A stretch of DNA of 64,000 nt, taken from contig NZ_JAVZIN010000001.1 in the NCBI RefSeq assembly GCF_038871235.1, forward strand, positions 71,926 to 135,925, in the 5' to 3' direction. Source of the DNA: Candidatus Hadarchaeum sp. Its GTDB lineage: Archaea > Hadarchaeota > Hadarchaeia > Hadarchaeales > Hadarchaeaceae. The position numbers and the translations under genes are program-made. The notes beneath the pieces were generated by a model, which was not told the origin of the DNA, did no database searches, and saw only the letters and a program-made list of their open reading frames with translations. Positions 10,316 to 19,317 of this stretch are shown piece by piece (within the stretch, counting starts at the first letter, position 1; each line of letters opens with the position of its first letter).

Positions 10316-10423
10316 TGGTGCGGGGGAGGGGATTTGAACCCCCGAACTCCTTCGAGACCAGCCCCTCAAGCTGGCGCCTTAGGCCGGCTTTTGAGACCAT
10401 TGACCTGGCTAGGCTACCCCCGC
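10316..10423 (-). tRNA. tRNA-Leu (anticodon GAG, class II) with a putative ~20-nt intron in the D-arm region
   Basis: Minus-strand RNA GCGGGGGUAGCCUAGCCAGGUCAAUGG[UCUCAAAAGCCGGCCUAAGG]CGCCAGCUUGAGGGGCUGGUCUCGAAGGAGUUCGGGGGUUCAAAUCCCCUCCCCCGCACCA. After the bracketed segment is removed the 3' portion folds as a perfect class II Leu tRNA (anticodon arm CCAGC/UUGAGGG/GCUGG, variable arm, T-arm, acceptor, encoded CCA). Confidence 0.55.
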
Positions 10424-10456
10424 GCCAGCAGAATTATCGCGTTTGCCTTTTAAAAA

Positions 10457-11269
10457 TCAGAGCTTTTTGACCAGCTTGGGGAACTCCTCAAACTTCGCCT
10501 GAAGGGATTCAACCGCCTTAAGTATTATCTGGTCCGGTGGCAGTGTTCCCGTTGACTCAACTCTGAAGATGAACTTGGTCGGGTCACCTGAAACCTTAAC
10601 CGCCTTGGAGTGACAGGCCTCCGCGCAGGTCTTGCACATGGTACACTGGGTCAAATCCTTAACCCGAACCTTTCTTTCCTCGATTTCGAGAATGTCCTTT
10701 GGACAGGCCTTGACGCAGTCGCCACAGGCATTGCAGAGTTTGGGATCAAACTCAAGCACCGGCATGTACTTGTAAGCCACGATTCCGGGTTGCCACTTGG
10801 CATGTTCCTTACCAAGACCTAGACGAGCGATAGCCACTAGCTCCAGCCTCTGCCCACTCTCCAGCCTCACTATCGGAATAGAACTATTGACTGGCCTTAC
10901 TTCCTCATCCGATGGGTTAAGTGAACCGCTGTAAACCATGCCGGGGCCCTCTGCTTTGAGTTCGAGTTCCGCGGAACACTTCTCACAACGCCCCTCGCGA
11001 CAACCGCACTCGCTGGGCAACACATAGCCCTTAGGTGGGGTGGTAAGCGGCACCATGGCGAGTCGGTGGGCAATGATCTCGTCGTACATTGCGGAATCAT
11101 TCACCTTGAACTCCACCTCGTCGACCGCCATGATCGGCACATCGCGCAAGGCTGCTCTACGGACGGAGTTGGCAAAGGCCGGGGTCGCGTTTGAGAGCAT
11201 GAACTCCATTTCGTCCCCGTCGAGTTTTCTGATTTCTATCTGCATACCGACACCAAAATCGTCCTTCAA
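10457..11269 (-). CDS. rpoD: DNA-directed RNA polymerase subunit D with 4Fe-4S ferredoxin-like insertion
   Basis: 270 aa with the Rpb3/RpoD fold ('MQIEIRKLDGDEMEF', 'FANSVRRAAL') and two Cys clusters (CxxCxxC...C). Confidence 0.8.
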   Translation of the reverse strand: MKDDFGVGMQIEIRKLDGDEMEFMLSNATPAFANSVRRAALRDVPIMAVDEVEFKVNDSAMYDEIIAHRLAMVPLTTPPKGYVLPSECGCREGRCEKCSAELELKAEGPGMVYSGSLNPSDEEVRPVNSSIPIVRLESGQRLELVAIARLGLGKEHAKWQPGIVAYKYMPVLEFDPKLCNACGDCVKACPKDILEIEERKVRVKDLTQCTMCKTCAEACHSKAVKVSGDPTKFIFRVESTGTLPPDQIILKAVESLQAKFEEFPKLVKKL

Positions 11270-11342
11270 GATGTTGTGTTCAGCTTAAATATTGCTTTCG
11301 GTGGGGTTTAAAAACACACACCAGGGCCATGAGACGGTAAAT

Positions 11343-11458
11343 CGGGCCCTGGGTCAAAATGGCGCCCTTCGGCAGAGCTATTGCTCCTTGGCCGGGATTT
11401 GAACCCGGGGCGGAGCCTCGACAGGGCTCCATGTTAGACCGGGCTACACCACCAGGGC
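11343..11458 (-). tRNA. tRNA-Asp (GUC) with ~39-nt intron at T-stem/acceptor junction
   Basis: RNA (GG)GCCCUGGUGGUGUAGCCCGGUCUAACAUGGAGCCCUGUCGAGGCUCCGCCCCGGGUUCAAAUCCCGG[CCAAGG...UUUUGAC]CCAGGGC. Anticodon arm is GAGCC/CUGUCGA/GGCUC and the T-arm is CCGGG/UUCAAAU/CCCGG. The acceptor 3' strand only appears after a ~39-nt insertion. Confidence 0.5.
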
Positions 11459-11612
11459 CCAAACTCACTAAATAATGTCTCGGTTTAAGACGCTTATGTC
11501 AGGTAGAGGTCCGCGGAAGTAAATACCCAACCAGCTGGCCCGCGCTCTTTTGGTGCTAAACTCACGAGTAACTCACCATATGGTAAACCTTGACAAAAGA
11601 ACTAAAATCAAC

Positions 11613-11734
11613 GGTTGGCAGCGAACCGGGCTTCCCTTTGGCTTGCGCACAAAAGTACAACCCGATACGCAGGCGAGCTTGACTTCCGGGATCTGACGAG
11701 ACCGGGTATTTCCTCGCCGCTATGGCCGCCAACC
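11613..11734 (-). rRNA. rrf: 5S ribosomal RNA
   Basis: Minus-strand RNA GGUUGGCGGCCAUAGCGGCGAGGAAAUACCCGGUCUCGUCAGAUCCCGGAAGUCAAGCUCGCCUGCG... is collinear with crenarchaeal 5S (GGUCACAGUGAGCGGG..ACCCGGACUCAUUUCGAACCCGGAAGUUAAGCCGCUCACG). Helix I closes as GGUUGGCGGC/GCUGCCAACC. Confidence 0.7.
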
Positions 11735-11770
11735 GAAATTATTGTTGTCCACTCAGTTTTAAAAGCTTGT

Positions 11771-11907
11771 GTGGTCCCGCGGGGGAGAGTTTCAGCGGCT
11801 TAATCCGCGTTTGAACTCCCGACATTTACCGGAATCCTCTAGATTCTGTCGGTTTCAGCGCGGTTTGGGTCTACAGCCGACCACTCTACCAGGCTGAGTT
11901 ACCGCGG
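11771..11907 (-). tRNA. tRNA-Tyr (GUA) with three introns (37/38, 45/46, 59/60)
   Basis: RNA CCCGCGGUAACUCAGCCUGGUAGAGUGGUCGGCUGUAG[ACCCAAACCGCGCUGAA]ACCGACAG[AAUCUAGAGGAUUCCGGUAAAU]GUCGGGAGUUCAAA[CGCGGAUUAAGCCGCUGAAAC]UCUCCCCCGCGGGACCA. The mature form gives a canonical cloverleaf and the CCA is encoded. Confidence 0.65.
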
Positions 11908-12016
11908 GACCGTTTAAGAATCTGGAATCTCCGTTATTAAGGTTTAACCTCTGCACTTACGAGTCTCATCTTCAGAAAAGATTGGTTTATAAAGTAGTGA
12001 GGAGACCTCATAGACG

Positions 12017-12913
12017 ATGTCAACCGAATTGGCCCAAAAAGGAGACGCTGCGCGGCGCAGGTTTTTCAAACCCATGATCGCTGTTCTGATGGTCGTCGTG
12101 ATTCTTCTGGTGACCGCCCCATCGATTGCCCAAGCTAAATCAAAGAGCACTGCTGCGGTAAAAGTTTATCAAGAACGTGATGGCGTAACTAGGTTCGAGG
12201 AATATACCCCGCTCTCATCCCAACTGGGCGTTCCACCAGGATTTTTCTACAAGGCCAATGTTTACGCTGTTAACTTCAAGGGAGGAATTGTTTTAATCGA
12301 TTGCGGCGCCGAGGATCTTTACTCCGATCTCATGGTGGCAATCAACAAAAAGTTACCCAGTAGACCAATTCTAGCCGTGCTGCTGACGCATGGACATGCC
12401 GATCATGCCGGAGCCGGACACTATTTCATAGACGCTGGAATCCCAGTTTACGCGTCCTTCGCGGATTCATATCTGATTCAGATGGGGATGAACTTCCCGG
12501 GAGTGCCGATCGACTTTACCTATACTGGCTACACGCCGACCCAGCTGCTCTATGGAGGCGAACATCTTTTTGGTCTAAACGTGATCCCGACTCCCGGGCA
12601 CACTTATGGATGTCTAAGTTTTCTGGAAGTGGAAACTAAATTACTTTTCAGCGGCGATGTCACGATATCCTATCCGGGTGACGATGTGGCACCTGAGGAC
12701 ATGACTTTTGAACTCGAATACATGACCTTGCAAGCAACCGATGACACAAGTTTGGAGATGCAGTTGAATTCTCTCAACTTACTTCTTGAGCTAACGGGCG
12801 ACAGGCAAGTCAAAGCGATTATGCCGGGCCACAACCAAACTTATTACGGCAAACACGTCGTTGATTACCTTAAGAACTCAATTGAAATGGTATCACAAGA
12901 GCTGGCCAATTAA
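12017..12913 (+). CDS. MBL-fold metallo-hydrolase, secreted/membrane-anchored
   Basis: Signal/TM N-terminus, then 'LLTHGHADHAGAGHYF' (HxHxDH), with downstream His/Asp ligands. Confidence 0.65.
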   Translation: MSTELAQKGDAARRRFFKPMIAVLMVVVILLVTAPSIAQAKSKSTAAVKVYQERDGVTRFEEYTPLSSQLGVPPGFFYKANVYAVNFKGGIVLIDCGAEDLYSDLMVAINKKLPSRPILAVLLTHGHADHAGAGHYFIDAGIPVYASFADSYLIQMGMNFPGVPIDFTYTGYTPTQLLYGGEHLFGLNVIPTPGHTYGCLSFLEVETKLLFSGDVTISYPGDDVAPEDMTFELEYMTLQATDDTSLEMQLNSLNLLLELTGDRQVKAIMPGHNQTYYGKHVVDYLKNSIEMVSQELAN

Positions 12914-12920
12914 TCCTTAG

Positions 12921-13352
12921 TTAGCGCCTGAGTCGCTTGTGCTCGAGCATGATGCAGCGGTCCATGACGACCTCGAGTCCGGCTTTTTCGGCCATCTCAG
13001 CTGCCGCCTCGTTGGCGATGCCCAGTTGCATCCAGACACCCCTGACTTTGCCGTGCCTTCTTCTCAGCTCAACTGCTTGTGCCACGATTGGAGGAACATC
13101 GTCCGATGGCCGGAAGATATCGACCAGCTCTATCTCCTTCTGCAGCTGCTCAGGCACGTCCAAAAGGCTCGGGTAACTCCTTTCACCAAGTATCTCCTCG
13201 GCCGATGGATTTACCGGAACTATGCGGTAGCCGTGACCCTTCAGGTAGGCTCCAACCTTGTGGCCATATTTTAAGGGGTCCTTTGACATTCCCACTACTG
13301 CGATCACCTTAGCGCTCAAAAGTGACCTTAACTTTTCATCACTTACGGCCAT
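12921..13352 (-). CDS. CoA-binding domain protein (YccU/COG1832-like)
   Basis: 143 aa with 'KVIAVVGMSKDPLKYGHKVGAYLKGHGYRIVPVNP', a typical CoA-binding Rossmann segment. Confidence 0.6.
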   Translation of the reverse strand: MAVSDEKLRSLLSAKVIAVVGMSKDPLKYGHKVGAYLKGHGYRIVPVNPSAEEILGERSYPSLLDVPEQLQKEIELVDIFRPSDDVPPIVAQAVELRRRHGKVRGVWMQLGIANEAAAEMAEKAGLEVVMDRCIMLEHKRLRR

Positions 13353-13371
13353 TTACCTCGTTACCTCGGAA

Positions 13372-14112
13372 TCAGGCATACATCTTCTCTGGCTCGGTGG
13401 CAGTGGCCTTCTCGTAGTTCTCCGCGATCTCCCTCAGCTTCTCCCGAATCTCATTGGCACCCGCGATCAATTCGGCGGTGTCAATTTTCAGCCCGTGGGT
13501 TCTGTTCAGCGCCTCGATCAGCACCGCGGCACCTTCGGGATCAGGAATGGTAGCCATCGCTGGGGTGAGGATGGCCGTTCCTTCTATTTTTCTCGTCAGG
13601 CATTCGCTGAGTATAGCACCGGCAATTCCGTAGATGATGCCCTTTCGAAGCAGATTGATTCCCCGATCCTTGAAGTGTTCGCACTTGCCCAGCTCGGTCA
13701 CGCAGAAGGGCTGGCGATCCGTAGGTAATCCCGGCACCGGTATGCCCTCAAGAACCAGAATTTCTTTGGTGTCATGCTTTTCGGCCCAATCGAGAAGTGC
13801 CGAAGATATTGAGTAGAGCCCCTCCTCTTTCAGTGGAATCTCGCAGATAACCACACAGAGGTTGTCCTTTTTGCTCGCGTGGATCCTAAAAGGATGCCTC
13901 AACTTTTCCCCAACAAATATCGCCACCGGAGGCAGGTGTTTAGATTTGATATAAGCCACCTCTTCCATTTTCAGCTTAGTTATTATCTGATCCACGGCAA
14001 TTGAGCCCACCAAACCAGCTCCGACAAAACCGGCGATAATCAGCGGGTTCTTCAGGCCCAGATCTTTAACCTCTACTATCTCAACTTCCGCCGCGTTTGA
14101 TCCCCTTGTCAT
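13372..14112 (-). CDS. PAC2-family proteasome assembly chaperone-like protein
   Basis: 246 aa with a PAC2/DUF75-like architecture ('LIIAGFVGAGLVGSIAVDQIIT'). Weak. Confidence 0.4.
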   Translation of the reverse strand: MTRGSNAAEVEIVEVKDLGLKNPLIIAGFVGAGLVGSIAVDQIITKLKMEEVAYIKSKHLPPVAIFVGEKLRHPFRIHASKKDNLCVVICEIPLKEEGLYSISSALLDWAEKHDTKEILVLEGIPVPGLPTDRQPFCVTELGKCEHFKDRGINLLRKGIIYGIAGAILSECLTRKIEGTAILTPAMATIPDPEGAAVLIEALNRTHGLKIDTAELIAGANEIREKLREIAENYEKATATEPEKMYA

Positions 14113-14158
14113 GGATATCCCAAATCAATTTTCGCCGCCAATATTAAAGGGCCTCAGA

Positions 14159-15280
14159 TCAACCAATGAACTCATGAAGCCTGCGGATCGCTTTCAACTT
14201 TTCCTCATGCCCGCACTTAGCCGCTTCAATGGCTCCTTCCAGGATCTCGGTTGTTTCTTGGTAGGTCTTCCTGTCCACAGGAAATGGAACACCGTCCTTA
14301 CCGCCGTGGGCAAAGGAATATCTAATCGGATCCCGCCAAGACGGGGGTTTTCCGTAGATCAAGGTTGAAACCAGAGCTAGGGCCCTAATCGCTTTAGGTC
14401 CAATTCCGGAGATGGCTATTAACTCCTCATAGTTCTCCGGTTGGATTTCATAGGCGCGCTGCAGGGCGGCGATGGTCCGCTTGGGCAGCTCGGTGATTCT
14501 ATGGCTGCGGGGCATCACGAGTCTCATGGTCCGCTCTTCCTTGCCCACAAAATCATCCAATGAGCGCTGCTCGAACTCGCGAATTTCGGCCAAAATCCTT
14601 TTTGGACCATCGCGTACTAGATCCACGCTTGTCCTCCTTGCCTCCTCACTATCCCGAGCAGTCATATCCAGCGCTACCTCCTCGGCACGTTCACCAATTA
14701 TTCCAGAATGGGGCTCCTCCACAAAGCTTCTCAATCCCTCGGAAAGCCAGTGATATCGCCGCGCAAAGTTTTCGTTCATCCCCTGCTGAACCACGGCCCA
14801 ATTTCCGTTCTCATCGACGAAAAAAGCGTGGTGGTAAAGCTGATAACCATCCTGAACGCAGGCGTTGTCCACCTTTGCGGCCATCCTGCTGGCATATTTG
14901 AGCCGCTCCGTCTTTGCCGTGGTGAATGAGAAGATATCCGTCAATCCTTCAATTTCCTGTGGCACCAATTTTGACACTTTTCCCTTGCCACCACAGACAG
15001 CTATTCCCAGCTCCTCGGGCATTAGTGCTTCTTTCAGGGCGCCGGTGAGCGTCGTGGTCAGACCTGAGGAGTGGAAATCAAAACCCACGATACAACCAAG
15101 TGACTGGAAGAAGAATGGGTCCGCCATCCTCTGCAAAAATTCCTCCGTGCCGTGTTCCAGCACAATGGCCTCAACTATTGCACCCGATAATTTAACCATG
15201 CGCCGGAATAGCCAAGGGGGGCAAGCCCCATAATGCAGAGGTAGTTCCGCGGTTCCGGTTCTTTTCATTTCAACACCCAA
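14159..15280 (-). CDS. conserved hypothetical protein (DUF763/COG1415-like)
   Basis: Clean 373-aa ORF. No catalytic motif recognised. Confidence 0.3.
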   Translation of the reverse strand: MGVEMKRTGTAELPLHYGACPPWLFRRMVKLSGAIVEAIVLEHGTEEFLQRMADPFFFQSLGCIVGFDFHSSGLTTTLTGALKEALMPEELGIAVCGGKGKVSKLVPQEIEGLTDIFSFTTAKTERLKYASRMAAKVDNACVQDGYQLYHHAFFVDENGNWAVVQQGMNENFARRYHWLSEGLRSFVEEPHSGIIGERAEEVALDMTARDSEEARRTSVDLVRDGPKRILAEIREFEQRSLDDFVGKEERTMRLVMPRSHRITELPKRTIAALQRAYEIQPENYEELIAISGIGPKAIRALALVSTLIYGKPPSWRDPIRYSFAHGGKDGVPFPVDRKTYQETTEILEGAIEAAKCGHEEKLKAIRRLHEFIG

Positions 15281-15437
15281 TCATTTTCATGGGTGGAAAC
15301 TGCACGCTTTTTCACTATCCTTTATCTTGGTCTGTTTTTTTATTTTCGATGGTGTTTGGGAAAAAGAATGCTGTGATTGTCTATAACCTAGTTACAACTA
15401 AGGCAAGATAAAAAAACAAAAAAGCAGGGGGGTGGAG

Positions 15438-15653
15438 TCACTTTAACAAATGATATCCCGCCGCCTTTTCTCTCGCCACGCGCTTGGCAAAGCCTTTCGC
15501 GACGAGCTCCATCAGCGCGTTGTTCACCATACCCTTGGGTAGGTGCGCGGTTCGCATCACATCGTCCGCTGTTTTCAGCACCTCAGGGCTTGTCGCGCCT
15601 AGCTTTTTAAGCGCATCGTAGACCTTCTGGGCATTGGGTGTCAATTCGGCCAT
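15438..15653 (-). CDS. small hypothetical protein (possible DNA-binding)
   Basis: Clean 71-aa ORF with basic/helical character. Confidence 0.3.
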   Translation of the reverse strand: MAELTPNAQKVYDALKKLGATSPEVLKTADDVMRTAHLPKGMVNNALMELVAKGFAKRVAREKAAGYHLLK

Positions 15654-15753
15654 ATGATCACCTCATTTTCTGCTATTCTGTCACCGATTATCTTAAAAAC
15701 GCTTACTGTTGCGGTCTCCAGTCACAAAAGACGGGTTTTGAATACCACCTCGC

Positions 15754-16605
15754 TCAAAGGGCCTCCCTTATCTTTAGCGTCATATCTATTGAATGCGAGC
15801 GCATTGTCATGTAGCTAGTCGATATTATTTCAACGCCAGTTGCCGCATAATCGGCGATATTTGCAGGAGTTATCCCCCCAGAGGCTTCCAAGGAGACTCT
15901 CTTTCTCAAATCTGCCTTTTCAAGCAACGTGATAGTACGTTTTATCTGGTCCGGTGTCATGTTATCCAGCATCACAATATCGGCACCGGCACTCGCCGCT
16001 TCCAGCACCTCCTCTGGCGTGGTGATTTCAATCTCGATCTTTCCGAACTTGCCTACCTCCTTAAACTTCTTCACCGCGGCAGCGATGGAACCCACCAGCT
16101 TGAGATGGTTGTCCTTAATGAGAACTTGGTCGCTCAAGTTGAAACGATGAGGATGGCCGCCAGCAATCTCCACTGCGCGTTTATCAAAATACTTTAACAG
16201 TGGGGCCGTTTTCCTCGTCGCCGCGATTATCACCTTGGGATTTTTTTCTCTCGCCAACTCGATCAGCTCACGCGTTGCCGTGGCTATGCCGCTCATTCTC
16301 ATCATCAAATTCAGCGCCACTCTTTCGGCGGCCAGTATCTTTCTCGCCGGGCCGTCCAATCTCATGATCACTTCATCGGGACGGATGCTCTCTCCATCAC
16401 GACGCAAAATTTTCACCCTAACGCCAACTTCCCTGAAGACCATCGCGGCCTCCTTCACACCGGCCAGCACCCCGTCCTGTTTTGAGATAATTTCAGCCTT
16501 AGCGCGGAGCTTCGGATCAATCAGAACGTTTGAGGTCACATCTCCGCTTCCTAGGTCCTCGGCCAGCATCTCCCGGATTTTCTTTCTAAGATAGTTTTCA
16601 GTCAC
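15754..16605 (-). CDS. nadC: nicotinate-nucleotide pyrophosphorylase (quinolinate phosphoribosyltransferase)
   Basis: 283 aa collinear with NadC ('GDVTSNVLI', 'IMLDNM'). Confidence 0.85.
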   Translation of the reverse strand: MTENYLRKKIREMLAEDLGSGDVTSNVLIDPKLRAKAEIISKQDGVLAGVKEAAMVFREVGVRVKILRRDGESIRPDEVIMRLDGPARKILAAERVALNLMMRMSGIATATRELIELAREKNPKVIIAATRKTAPLLKYFDKRAVEIAGGHPHRFNLSDQVLIKDNHLKLVGSIAAAVKKFKEVGKFGKIEIEITTPEEVLEAASAGADIVMLDNMTPDQIKRTITLLEKADLRKRVSLEASGGITPANIADYAATGVEIISTSYMTMRSHSIDMTLKIREAL

Positions 16606-17530
16606 GGGTAGCCCTCCCTGAGAGCTCCAACATCCTTCCCGTCGCTCGTCGAGCCCTTGCGGCGATGGCCGGCGGAACTGTCACCACGTGTTTCATATCC
16701 CGCAATGACTCGTATAGCTTTTGCAGGTTGTGTTTTTTCATCTGCTGACAGACAGCAGTCCCCAGCGCGGGTATAAACTCCTTTTCTGGGAACTCCCGCC
16801 TGAGGCGCTCCACCATACCTACTTCGGTGGTGATGATGAACCTTTTCGCTGGGGAGGCCTTGGCTCTGATCACCATCTGGCTGGTGCTGCACATGTGGCT
16901 GGCCAGCTTCTGTACCTCGGGGTCGCATTCAGGGTGAACCAGTACCTCGGCGTCCGGAAACCTCTCCTTTTTGAGGAGGATGTCAGCGGGAGTGAACATT
17001 CTGTGAACATAACAGTAGCCGAAATCTGGTATTGGAATAATCTTCTTGTCAGTTCTCTGCTGAACATACCAGGCCAAGTTTTTGTCAGGACCAAAAATGA
17101 TTTCCTCCTCATCGAGAGCATTGACTATCTGAGCCGCGTTAGCTGAGGTGCAGACAACATCGGCCTCGGCGCGAGTTTCGGCGAGGGTGTTGATGTAAAG
17201 AACCACCGCCGCCCCGGGATACTTCAACCTGACCTCGCGGACCGTTTCAGGGGGCAGCTGGGCGGCCATCGGGCATCGGGCATCTGGGTCCGGGATCAGA
17301 ATTGTTTTATCCGGGTTCAGCATCGCCGCGGTCTGGGCCATGAAATCAACTCCGGCAAAGAGCACTACTTTCTCCTTTACCTTAGCAGAATACCTTGCTA
17401 AATCAAGCGAGTCCCCGATGTAGTCCGCAAGTAGCTGTATCTCCTCCCGCTGATAATTGTGGGCGAGGATGATGGCCTCACGCTCGGCCTTCAGCCTCAA
17501 AATTTCGTCACGAAGTTGCTCTTGCTGCAT
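16598..17530 (-). CDS. nadA: quinolinate synthase A
   Basis: 310 aa with NadA-typical segments ('VCTSANAAQIVNALDEEEIIFGPDKNLAWYV') and conserved Cys. Confidence 0.85.
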   Translation of the reverse strand: MQQEQLRDEILRLKAEREAIILAHNYQREEIQLLADYIGDSLDLARYSAKVKEKVVLFAGVDFMAQTAAMLNPDKTILIPDPDARCPMAAQLPPETVREVRLKYPGAAVVLYINTLAETRAEADVVCTSANAAQIVNALDEEEIIFGPDKNLAWYVQQRTDKKIIPIPDFGYCYVHRMFTPADILLKKERFPDAEVLVHPECDPEVQKLASHMCSTSQMVIRAKASPAKRFIITTEVGMVERLRREFPEKEFIPALGTAVCQQMKKHNLQKLYESLRDMKHVVTVPPAIAARARRATGRMLELSGRATRD

Positions 17531-17567
17531 ACTGACACTAAGAAAACAAGTGGGCAGAGGTTATTAA

Positions 17568-18422
17568 CTATGTGCCAACTTGAACTGTCTCGCTTAGATT
17601 TTTTAAAGTTCGTGCTACTGAAAGTGCTGCCAGATAGCTGGTTCGCGGTGACTCCGGAAAGGGCACATTAAGCGACCTAGTCAAGAGTTCGCCTGCCTCG
17701 CCGCGGATTCTAATCTCGTGGATATTTCTTTTGATTCGCGGGTCGGCAACAATCCTCACTAATGTTCTATCAAAGCCGACACCGGCCAAGCTCAAGGTGG
17801 CGGCCACGTTGACGCTGGCTGGGAAGAACTTCACAGCCTCACGGGCTGTTCCACTAAAGATCACCTTTGGTCCCCTGAGTCCGCTTAGCTTTATTCCTTT
17901 TCTTTTGAGATATTCGTTATTCTTAAAAGCAGAAGGAGGTTTTCGCGTTGTCAGCCTCACCTCTTTAATTTCCCGTAGCGACGAAGCCTTTGCTCCGTCA
18001 ATTCCCACCACGGCGCCGGAGGGGATGTAGATCTTCCTGCCCAAGTTCATGGCTTCGGTTCGCAGACTGTTGAGGAGGTCCTCACCAGAAAGAGCGCCCA
18101 CACTAAGGATGATGAGGTCTTTTCCGGACCTGAGGACGTCCAGCGAATATTGTCTGACCGCCTCCTGAGAAGCGGCCTCGACAACTATGTCGACATCCTC
18201 GTCCTCGTAAATTTCGGCAACCCTGCGCAAAATTCTGGGCTTGTTTTTTAAGCCGGAAACCAGCCTCTTGCAGCGCTCCAGCTTCAAGTCATAGACCCAG
18301 CCCAGCTCCACCCCACCTGCTTCACCTGAATCAATCAACTGTGCCAATGCCGCGCCAATTGCGCCACAACCTATCAGGCCAACCTTCATCTCATCCACCA
18401 AAGTTTTGAGCTCATAGGTCAT
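17568..18422 (-). CDS. nadX: L-aspartate dehydrogenase
   Basis: 284 aa with an N-terminal Rossmann 'VGLIGCGAIGAALA'. In a nadX-nadA-nadC operon arrangement. Confidence 0.75.
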   Translation of the reverse strand: MTYELKTLVDEMKVGLIGCGAIGAALAQLIDSGEAGGVELGWVYDLKLERCKRLVSGLKNKPRILRRVAEIYEDEDVDIVVEAASQEAVRQYSLDVLRSGKDLIILSVGALSGEDLLNSLRTEAMNLGRKIYIPSGAVVGIDGAKASSLREIKEVRLTTRKPPSAFKNNEYLKRKGIKLSGLRGPKVIFSGTAREAVKFFPASVNVAATLSLAGVGFDRTLVRIVADPRIKRNIHEIRIRGEAGELLTRSLNVPFPESPRTSYLAALSVARTLKNLSETVQVGT

Positions 18423-18449
18423 TTTTCCATTGAGGGCATCCTAGTTACT

Positions 18450-19283
18450 TTAATGCGGGCTCTTAAAAGCGATTTCCAGAAGTTTTCTGTATTTTACATT
18501 ATAGTTAAAGAACCCAACGGCAAGTATGAGGTAGCCCAGATCCCAGAGAACGTCGATAATGTGGCCGCTCAGGTAGGAGCTCAATATAAGGGTGTAAAGG
18601 ACGTCTGCGACCGCTATTAATAACAGAGCAGCTAAAATTGTCACCCACAGCTTGAAAAGCTCTTTTCCCGAAATGTGGATCATCGTGGTGATGAGGGCGA
18701 TCAACAAAAAGGCGTCACCAATGATATAGCCTGCGGTGGTTGCCTTCTCCACAGCGGGCATGTCGACCGCTGTGAGTGTTGGCAACGAAAGGTAAAAAAA
18801 GAAGACTAAGATAATCGCTGACAGCATCAGATTGAAAATCAGCCTTTTATAATCGCGCTTTATTTTTGTCGAGTTCCAAACGAGCAAAATTCCCAGTATA
18901 AATAGAGGATAGCCGGCAATCCAAAAAACATCAGCAATGCTGGCCACGGGCGCTTCAACACCGAGAACGATTTTATATAAGCTCCAGCTTAATTCCCCAA
19001 GAAACCAGAAAAATATCCCCGCCGTCAAGAAAATCATGATTCTGCCTCTGATGTTAGAGAGACCATGCAGTTTGCAGGAAGCAGCGCCGAAAATTACTGC
19101 AAGAAGTGAGAAAAACATAGTGATGATATTGCTTACGAGGGAAAAGTCGTCGCCTAGGGGCTGAAAAATGTGGAGAAGCAAATCAACCAAAAAGGCAATC
19201 GCTAAGCCTACAGTTGTGGGACCAAGCCTTTTCATGTATGTCCTAAATGACTTGTTTTTTCGTTTTAAATGCTGTTGTGTCAA
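18450..19283 (-). CDS. polytopic membrane protein, unknown function
   Basis: 277 aa with about 7-8 hydrophobic helices. Lies 35 bp downstream of the B12-radical SAM gene on the same strand. Confidence 0.4.
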   Translation of the reverse strand: MTQQHLKRKNKSFRTYMKRLGPTTVGLAIAFLVDLLLHIFQPLGDDFSLVSNIITMFFSLLAVIFGAASCKLHGLSNIRGRIMIFLTAGIFFWFLGELSWSLYKIVLGVEAPVASIADVFWIAGYPLFILGILLVWNSTKIKRDYKRLIFNLMLSAIILVFFFYLSLPTLTAVDMPAVEKATTAGYIIGDAFLLIALITTMIHISGKELFKLWVTILAALLLIAVADVLYTLILSSYLSGHIIDVLWDLGYLILAVGFFNYNVKYRKLLEIAFKSPH

Positions 19284-19317
19284 CCAGCTAAATTGCCTTT
19301 TTCCCGCGAGCGGGTCC

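Noticed and set aside
10265-10453. A 62-aa ORF overlapping the tRNA-Leu(GAG) locus.
   Set aside because: It is fully explained by the tRNA gene on the opposite strand. The Pro/Gly-rich translation is typical of GC-rich RNA genes.
11615-11803. A 62-aa ORF across the 5S rRNA and tRNA-Tyr region.
   Set aside because: It overlaps two structural RNA genes. It is not a coding sequence.
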